Source: a virus
UHGV virus genome: UHGV-1353897
Length of the DNA: 49,926 nt
Reading direction: 5' to 3' (one strand)
The position numbers and the translations under genes were made by a program. The stretch's first letter is position 1, and the number at the start of each line of letters is the position of its first letter. Of the stretch, positions 44,778 to 49,926 are shown in pieces. Below the pieces are notes generated by a model that saw only the letters and a program-made list of their open reading frames with translations, was not told where the DNA came from and did not search any database.

Positions 44778-46369
44778 CCCTTCTTCATCAGGTCAAGGAG
44801 AGAGCGCGACGCTGCCTTCGTTGCTTCTGGCTGGGCGCTCGCCTTGGTTTTAGTTTTGGATGCCTTCTGTGGCTTCTCAGGGACTCTGTGTGCCAAAGGG
44901 TTGCTACCTCTTATCTTGCGCAGCATGGGATACTGCTCGCAATATTTATGGAATTCATCTTTTGAAAGATTAAGCCCAACAAAGTCAATAACAAAGTCAC
45001 CGATAACCGCCAACGGGGCGTCAAAATATTTCAGGATGTTCCAGCCGACGGCCTTCACACCGTTTCCATTAGCAGCCTTGGCAATGAAGAGTTCATGATT
45101 GGAATCCGGTTCCAGCTCATACCCAATAGCAGAATATTCGCCCATGATCTTGACATGATCCTTGGTGTATTGATCGTTTCGTCCCCAGCCAGTGTCCTTC
45201 GCCGCCTTACCAGAACGACCGATGATACGCTTGTCGTAATCTTCCCGTGCCTGATAGATGAATGAGATGAATGCCATGTTGTTGAACCCCAAGTCCTGGT
45301 GTACGAACTTAGGACGCCACCGATGGCTCTGCATCATAGGTTCCCCTTCCAATATGATGGTAGAATCCTTGTATTTCCCTTTGATGTATTTCACCAATGA
45401 ATTGGCCATCTCAGAAGTCTTGAGAGTGGAGTGGATGAAGTCCATGGAAGTCCAAGAAGCCAGATCTGATTTGTTGGACACTGTATACTTGCCGATGAAC
45501 ACCAGATTGATTTCCTTGAACCAAAACCCAACCTGGATCATCTTCTTGTCGAATTCGTATTCTATGAGTTCTGGCTCATATTTGGTTCTCAACCACTCAA
45601 GGAATTGAACGACACGAGTCCCCTTTCCCGTTCCACTTGTCCCGCGAATAACGACAATACCCGGCGTCACGCTAGAATTTATCATAGTCATAAAACGTTT
45701 GTCCTCTTTGGGAATCCAACCATCTTTAAACATGGCGATCATATTACGAAAGACGCTCTCATCGCCCTTTAGATTACGATACTCTGTGTCCAGTAGTTTA
45801 GAATACCACAATCCGATAGATTTGTAACCACATCCTCGTTTTGGCATACAGGTAGGATTCACAGTACCGCCGTTGTTCACCCATCTATCATAGATCCTAC
45901 GGGCGTCCTTCCAAACCCACCAATAACCATTTGAAACCATGAATGGGTAGGGAGAATTACCCCTGTTCTCCTTTATTGATTTTATTACACGTTCCCGGTA
46001 TTCTGGATCATCCCAAGGATTTATACCAGATTTGTATTTCTTGCCAGTCCTAGCCAACGCCGCCTTAAATTGGTTTGGTATGATAGAATTGTCTCCTCCC
46101 AATTTCAGGTTCAGGCATAATGGGTCCAACAGTAACTCTTCCGTAACAATAATAGACTCCAGGTCGGATGCCTCCAACCTGGTTTCAAACTTTTCTATTA
46201 TCGTCTTTAAGAATTCAGAAGCGGGGTGAGATTCCAACAACCTTTTGATGATAACACCAGAACCCATATAGGGGTCTTGTTCGGGGGTGCATGAACAAGA
46301 CCGAATCCCGACGTAGAATCTCCCAGTTGGGACATGAGTTATCCTATATGTGTAATGGTAGCGAGCCAT
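44774..46369 (-). CDS. GIY-YIG-like N-terminal domain fused to P-loop NTPase-like domain
   Basis: N-terminus YHYTYRITHVPTGRFYVGIRSC..YMGSG resembles GIY-YIG nuclease motif; central Walker A GTSGTGKGT; 531 aa continuous ORF. Confidence 0.5.
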   Translation of the reverse strand: MARYHYTYRITHVPTGRFYVGIRSCSCTPEQDPYMGSGVIIKRLLESHPASEFLKTIIEKFETRLEASDLESIIVTEELLLDPLCLNLKLGGDNSIIPNQFKAALARTGKKYKSGINPWDDPEYRERVIKSIKENRGNSPYPFMVSNGYWWVWKDARRIYDRWVNNGGTVNPTCMPKRGCGYKSIGLWYSKLLDTEYRNLKGDESVFRNMIAMFKDGWIPKEDKRFMTMINSSVTPGIVVIRGTSGTGKGTRVVQFLEWLRTKYEPELIEYEFDKKMIQVGFWFKEINLVFIGKYTVSNKSDLASWTSMDFIHSTLKTSEMANSLVKYIKGKYKDSTIILEGEPMMQSHRWRPKFVHQDLGFNNMAFISFIYQAREDYDKRIIGRSGKAAKDTGWGRNDQYTKDHVKIMGEYSAIGYELEPDSNHELFIAKAANGNGVKAVGWNILKYFDAPLAVIGDFVIDFVGLNLSKDEFHKYCEQYPMLRKIRGSNPLAHRVPEKPQKASKTKTKASAQPEATKAASRSLLDLMKKG

Positions 46370-46674
46370 TACACAGCATCCTCAATACGCCAGCTCACGC
46401 CGCCCAGCCAAGGTGCCCAGAACACAGCAACCTGCGGACGACCGTTTTCTTCAAACTTAACTTTATACTGGTCGTCGAAGTTATAGAAGATTTCATCCGA
46501 TTCAGAGCGCTGGCCGATCTTCACCAGTACATCATGAAGAGCCTTGGCTGCGCCGATAGGAGTCGGAGTCTCCTGCTGGCGAATGAAGTTGTTCACATGG
46601 TTAATCACGCCATCCATGTCGCTATCACCGGAACGCTTGTCGGGGATTTCCCCGAACTTATTCTGATCTTGCAC
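46369..46674 (-). CDS. hypothetical protein
   Basis: 101-aa ORF. Confidence 0.45.
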   Translation of the reverse strand: MQDQNKFGEIPDKRSGDSDMDGVINHVNNFIRQQETPTPIGAAKALHDVLVKIGQRSESDEIFYNFDDQYKVKFEENGRPQVAVFWAPWLGGVSWRIEDAV

Positions 46675-46683
46675 GATGTCCTC

Positions 46684-47463
46684 CTATCGGACGTATTGAT
46701 AATGACTAATCAGGCGGTTCACCACTTCGACAATATTGCGGTTCAGGAAGTCGAAGTGATTCTGACCTTCTACTGGTTTAATATAAAGCATGTCTTCCGA
46801 ATTCGAAAGATCCAGTTTTTCATAATTACCCTGAGGAACAAAGATGACAAAGATGTTGTTCAGACCACACGGCTCGACATACTTCGGATTGTCATCAATC
46901 AGGACATCGCCAGCCAGCAGATGCTTTTCGTCGGTGCTGACAAACCCGTTGAAGATACCAGGGAACTTATCATAGACAAACTGACGCTTGCTGCGCTCGT
47001 GTTCCGGCTCGCACTTCGACACCGCGATGAATTCAACATTGTCGAAATCTTCAAGCAAGATATCCTTCAGATTTACCAGGAACTCGTAAGCACCGGGGAG
47101 CGGGTTCATCTTGGCGTACAAGTCAGGGCGACGCCACCAATCCATAGGATCGTTACCGCTTGGCACACGTTGTTTGTGCATCCCCAATTGGACTTCATGG
47201 TATAGCCACGCCGGATGCGCACGTTCACGCATCAGAATAGCCAGGTCGCCAGCATGGGACATATAACACTCTTTGGTAATCGGCTGGAACTGGTATGACT
47301 TATGTTCCCCCGTAGCGATAGCAGCGGCGGCGATGTTCTCTTCGTTGAACCACTGCACCCAAGGGGAGAGGCTGTCGACCAACGTCAGGTCAACATCCAC
47401 GAGGACGCGATACAGACCACCGACCTTTGATTTCATATCATAGATACAAACCAGGTTGTTCAT
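46684..47463 (-). CDS. HAD-superfamily 5'(3')-deoxyribonucleotidase-like protein
   Basis: HAD motif I DVDLT near N-terminus and motif IV LIDDNP near C-terminus; 259 aa. Confidence 0.55.
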   Translation of the reverse strand: MNNLVCIYDMKSKVGGLYRVLVDVDLTLVDSLSPWVQWFNEENIAAAAIATGEHKSYQFQPITKECYMSHAGDLAILMRERAHPAWLYHEVQLGMHKQRVPSGNDPMDWWRRPDLYAKMNPLPGAYEFLVNLKDILLEDFDNVEFIAVSKCEPEHERSKRQFVYDKFPGIFNGFVSTDEKHLLAGDVLIDDNPKYVEPCGLNNIFVIFVPQGNYEKLDLSNSEDMLYIKPVEGQNHFDFLNRNIVEVVNRLISHYQYVR

Positions 47464-47810
47464 TTGTCTTCCTCAACTTTATCGTAGCCTGTAGCAACAC
47501 ACTGTTCTTCGGTACAATCTGCATACAGAACGACGGAGGCCTGCTTCACGTAGGTGATGCAGTGGTAAGTTTCGTCTTCCTGGACGGAATCGTCATAGTT
47601 GCAGACAGTTTGGAGCGGACCCGGAGTAGTGTTGTCCAGTGCTGCATGCGCCTTGATGGTGTCTTCCATCTTGGACACGGCCTGCTCATTGGTGAACGTC
47701 GGCGCGTCAAGGTCTACAGTAGATGCAACGTCCAGAAGGGTGGAACACGCAGTGGTAGAGAAAGCCAGAGCGCACACCAGAAGAATCTTATTGAGTTTCA
47801 TTTCAATCAC
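47460..47810 (-). CDS. secreted protein / putative lipoprotein
   Basis: N-terminal signal peptide MKLNKILLVCALAFSTTAC with lipobox-like TTAC; several Cys; promoter cassette 20 nt upstream. Confidence 0.5.
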   Translation of the reverse strand: MIEMKLNKILLVCALAFSTTACSTLLDVASTVDLDAPTFTNEQAVSKMEDTIKAHAALDNTTPGPLQTVCNYDDSVQEDETYHCITYVKQASVVLYADCTEEQCVATGYDKVEEDK

Positions 47811-47830
47811 CTGTTTGTCAAAGGGTTAAC

Positions 47831-47862
47831 AGGGGGAATTATATCCCCCTTTGGTTTATTGA
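47831..47862 (-). promoter_or_regulatory. promoter cassette (TTCAATAAA box + hairpin-embedded -10)
   Basis: Minus strand TTCAATAAA, 11 nt, TATAAT in loop of GGGGGA/TCCCCC stem; between DNA polymerase stop and lipoprotein gene. Confidence 0.45.
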
Positions 47863-47863
47863 A

Positions 47864-49792
47864 TCAACCTTTCTTCTTTTGCATCATGGCAAGAAGGTTC
47901 ACACGGCGCTTGTGTGACCAGCCGACCACGTCGAGGATAGACTGAATCGGATCAATGAAGGACTTCTCAAAGGCCGCCTGATAATCCACCCATTTGCCCA
48001 GACCAAGCTCCTCAGGGAAGAACTCAGGATATGCGAAGTAATTCTGGCCGAATGGGTTGCCTGGCTTCAACAACACCATCTGTACCTTATCACCCGACTC
48101 GATCATCGGTAGACCCAGATCTTCGTTCTTCTCAACCAGACGGTTGTAGCCCACACACGCCTTGGCAGCAAAATGAGCACCAGAGATGAACGATCCGTCA
48201 GCAGCCACACACTTCTCTATGTCGGACACGCCGGAAGCCTTGGCGATATCGTCTACAGAGAGTTTCATGTACTCCTCTTTGTACTGGGAGATGAGCGTCT
48301 GTACTTCCTCTTCGGTGCCGAGTAGGATCTTCTCATAACACTTGACAAGACGCTCACGACACCATTCCGGCGTGGTGGACTTGCGGGCTTCCAGACCTTT
48401 GAACTTAATCTTCGGCTTCTCGTACTTGATACCCTCACTGTCGTACACGGCCATGGCATACATCTTCTTGGCTCGCCAGACAGCGGCTGACGCAATGACC
48501 TCACGCTCCCATACCATGCGCTGTTCAAATCCGTTCATGGTGTTACACAGAAGCTGTGCCCACTCATTGGTCTTCGGCTGGTAGTTGTCTTTGATCCATT
48601 GGTCGATATTATCAACCATAGCATGATGGTCAGTAACATCAGGCCACAACTGCTTGACAAGACGCTCAATGCAGATGTAGTTGGAGTCGGTATCCCCTGC
48701 GATGACGAAGTCCTGGCCTGTTGTACCACACAGCTTGTTCAGATAGTCATCAGTGTAACGCTTGTTCCACTTGTTGATCAGCTGACCGGATGTGGTGATG
48801 GCTTCGGCAATGTTGAGGTTGAAGTACTCTTTGAACCAGACGTTTGAGATCGCGCCATAACCTGCGTTCATCAAGATCTTCAGACCTTGCTGTAGGGTGT
48901 CTTGAGCAACGCCCAGATCTTCCCACTTCTTCATCACTTCGGTCAGGGCATCAAGATCAATGTTCTTGTGCTCTTCATACCACTCTGGGTCATAGTAGCG
49001 AGACTTCATGGCAGACTCAAGATGGAAGTCGCCCTTCGACATCTCTTTACACCAGCCAGCCCACTGCTCATACTTCAGACCCTTGGCCTTCTCTACTTTA
49101 CGGTCGCTGTAGATACCACGCATGATTTCAGACAGGAACGACATCTTCTCGTTGCTGAAGAATTGAACGTTCGGCGTGAACGACACGTTGTAGCGGCGCA
49201 GGGTTTCAAAGTGGAACTCACCCAGGGCAACCAACTCATCAACAACCTGCAGGCGTTCGTCAATCGCACGCAACAGCTTGTCGTGAAGGGCTTTCATCAA
49301 CCGACGTTTGTGCATCGGCGTTGCCATGTTATTCATCTGAGCAGCCAGCTCTTCACACATAGCCTCAATAATCTCGCGGCGCTGGTGTTTGTCGCCAACG
49401 ATAGTCTCTGGACCGAGGTTGTACTGCTGAATGATGTGAGGATACAGGGAGTTCAAATCTTCCGAGAAGACCCAGAAGTAGATTCCTGGTGTCACATCCA
49501 TGACGTATGCACCCTCAAAGTCGGTCGGACCATCGTATACACGCTGGATCTTAGGCACTATCCCCTTCTCATACAGACGATAGTAGCACATGGCCAGCCA
49601 CGGAGACACAGTGCCCAGACCGTCTTCATAGTTGGACTTGGTGCGGTACGCAAGGACGAACATCAGCTGGAGCAGGCGCAGCTTCTGTTCAAGTCGCCAT
49701 ACCAGCTTAACGTCTTTGATACCATATCGGGTGTGTTTGCAGTAGTCGTTGAAGTACAGATCAAAGAGCGACTTGCTCTCACTGTAGTCCAT
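47864..49792 (-). CDS. 43: family-B DNA polymerase, polymerase domains only (T4 gp43 C-terminal part)
   Basis: Pol B motif A DLNSLYPHII, motif B KILMNAGYG, motif C VIAGDTDS, KKMY motif; collinear with T4 gp43 from about residue 320 onward; no 3'-5' exonuclease domain in this ORF. Confidence 0.9.
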   Translation of the reverse strand: MDYSESKSLFDLYFNDYCKHTRYGIKDVKLVWRLEQKLRLLQLMFVLAYRTKSNYEDGLGTVSPWLAMCYYRLYEKGIVPKIQRVYDGPTDFEGAYVMDVTPGIYFWVFSEDLNSLYPHIIQQYNLGPETIVGDKHQRREIIEAMCEELAAQMNNMATPMHKRRLMKALHDKLLRAIDERLQVVDELVALGEFHFETLRRYNVSFTPNVQFFSNEKMSFLSEIMRGIYSDRKVEKAKGLKYEQWAGWCKEMSKGDFHLESAMKSRYYDPEWYEEHKNIDLDALTEVMKKWEDLGVAQDTLQQGLKILMNAGYGAISNVWFKEYFNLNIAEAITTSGQLINKWNKRYTDDYLNKLCGTTGQDFVIAGDTDSNYICIERLVKQLWPDVTDHHAMVDNIDQWIKDNYQPKTNEWAQLLCNTMNGFEQRMVWEREVIASAAVWRAKKMYAMAVYDSEGIKYEKPKIKFKGLEARKSTTPEWCRERLVKCYEKILLGTEEEVQTLISQYKEEYMKLSVDDIAKASGVSDIEKCVAADGSFISGAHFAAKACVGYNRLVEKNEDLGLPMIESGDKVQMVLLKPGNPFGQNYFAYPEFFPEELGLGKWVDYQAAFEKSFIDPIQSILDVVGWSHKRRVNLLAMMQKKKG

Positions 49793-49926
49793 CTTCTTCA
49801 GTACCGTACATTACAGTTTTGCCAGATTTGGATTGAGCGATAATTTCGATTGCCATGATGTATTTCCTTCTCTTCAGTATTGTTGTTTGTTCGTACTACA
49901 ATTAGAAGTATACGCCAGTTATTGAA

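Noticed and set aside
46291-47205. 304-aa plus-strand ORF overlapping the HAD nucleotidase and neighbour
   Set aside because: The minus-strand frame carries the HAD motifs; the plus ORF spans two minus-strand genes and their junction.
48902-49843. 313-aa plus-strand ORF antisense to the DNA polymerase
   Set aside because: The minus-strand frame carries all Pol B motifs; this is a shadow ORF.
1-49926. Looked for CRISPR arrays, long direct repeats, IS-type terminal inverted repeats and integrase/transposase genes
   Set aside because: No regularly spaced direct repeats or mobile-element hallmarks were seen; the only recurring sequences are the short promoter/terminator cassettes reported above.

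Overview
This window reads as a segment of a T4-like (Tevenvirinae/Straboviridae-type) myovirus genome, dominated by early/replication genes. Plus-strand block (1-15.1 kb): P-loop kinase-like gene, divergent thymidylate-synthase-fold enzyme, gp1-like dNMP kinase, gp56-like dCTPase, UvsX recombinase, gp41-like DnaB helicase, ATP-dependent DNA ligase, gp59-like helicase loader, plus many small ORFs. Minus-strand block (15.1-20 kb): tape-measure-like and baseplate-like structural genes, followed by a plus-strand gp2/gp4-family gene. The rest (20.6-49.8 kb, minus strand): dCMP deaminase, an accessory cluster (metallophosphoesterase, macro-domain protein, AT-rich HTH gene, small membrane proteins), three-part T4-type topoisomerase II with a frame break in the large subunit, Ig-like protein, rIIB and rIIA, further small/membrane ORFs, a GIY-YIG/P-loop fusion ORF, a HAD-type nucleotidase, and a family-B DNA polymerase ORF that lacks the exonuclease domain. 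No rRNA, tRNA or CRISPR array was recognised. The most distinctive non-coding signal is a recurring cassette (at least 11 copies) in which a 9-mer box (TTCAATAAA or ATTGAAG) sits about 10-12 nt upstream of a TATAAT-like hexamer that is usually enclosed by a G/C-rich inverted repeat. All calls rest on motif reading and remembered family signatures, with no database search; CDS coordinates follow the supplied ORF track except where a start was moved, and hand-placed motif coordinates may be off by 1-2 nt.
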